Shown here piece by piece: positions 19,889 to 20,000 of a DNA stretch of 20,000 bases. Below the pieces are notes generated by a model. That model was not told the origin of the DNA. It did not search any database and worked only from the letters and a program-made list of their open reading frames with translations. Where the stretch lies: NCBI GenBank assembly GCA_000934665.2, contig JYFJ02002748.1, positions 52,868 to 72,867 of the forward strand, in the 5' to 3' direction. How positions within the stretch are numbered: position 1 is the first letter of the stretch; the number at the start of each line of letters is the position of its first letter. The translations under genes were made by a program, and so were the position numbers. This DNA is from Catajapyx aquilonaris. Taxonomy: Eukaryota.

Positions 19889-19930
19889 TTGTCCAACTAA
19901 TGTGGCTAAATAGCCACATTAGTTGGACAA
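19889..19930. repeat. Perfect 20-bp-arm hairpin
   Basis: ttgtccaactaatgtggcta-aa-tagccacattagttggacaa. Confidence 0.9.
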
Positions 19931-19949
19931 CAAATGTTGGCATTACGCT

Positions 19950-20000
19950 CAGTGACGTATTTAGCCTTTTGCCGCCCCTAGGCATAACCTTATCTGCCCC
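19950..20000. mobile_element. Probable left end of a hAT-like MITE running off the window
   Basis: CAGTGACGTATTTAG...GCCGCCCCTAGGC resembles CAGTGGCGTA-type hAT MITE starts. The other end is not in the window. Confidence 0.4.

Overview
Eukaryotic, probably invertebrate, genomic DNA; the taxon cannot be read directly from the sequence. The window holds a minus-strand cluster of three paralogous ~1.2-kb single-exon leucine-rich-repeat (LRR) cassettes: A 5801-7033, B 10523-11740 and C 17035-18243. Each begins at an equivalent phase-0 splice acceptor (tag|AATCTGCGAATCCTGAAC = NLRILN) and is followed by its own AATAAA. Only one pair of 5' coding exons is visible (15451-15595 and 15151-15320). It has a perfect Kozak start and encodes a BC-box-like plus Cul2-box-like N-terminus, and it splices in frame to either cassette B or cassette A. 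I found no 5' exons of its own for cassette A, so the locus may be a constant Cullin-2 adaptor head joined to alternative, diversified LRR terminal exons. Introns and spacers are packed with non-autonomous transposons (Tc1/mariner-, pogo/Tigger-, P/hAT-, piggyBac-, Kolobok/Harbinger- and Merlin/MULE-like, a foldback element and a short retro-insertion), several of them nested. Bases 1-5590 form an unassigned motif-rich block with a terminal hairpin whose arm recurs as a 3x27-bp array, and no recognisable protein.
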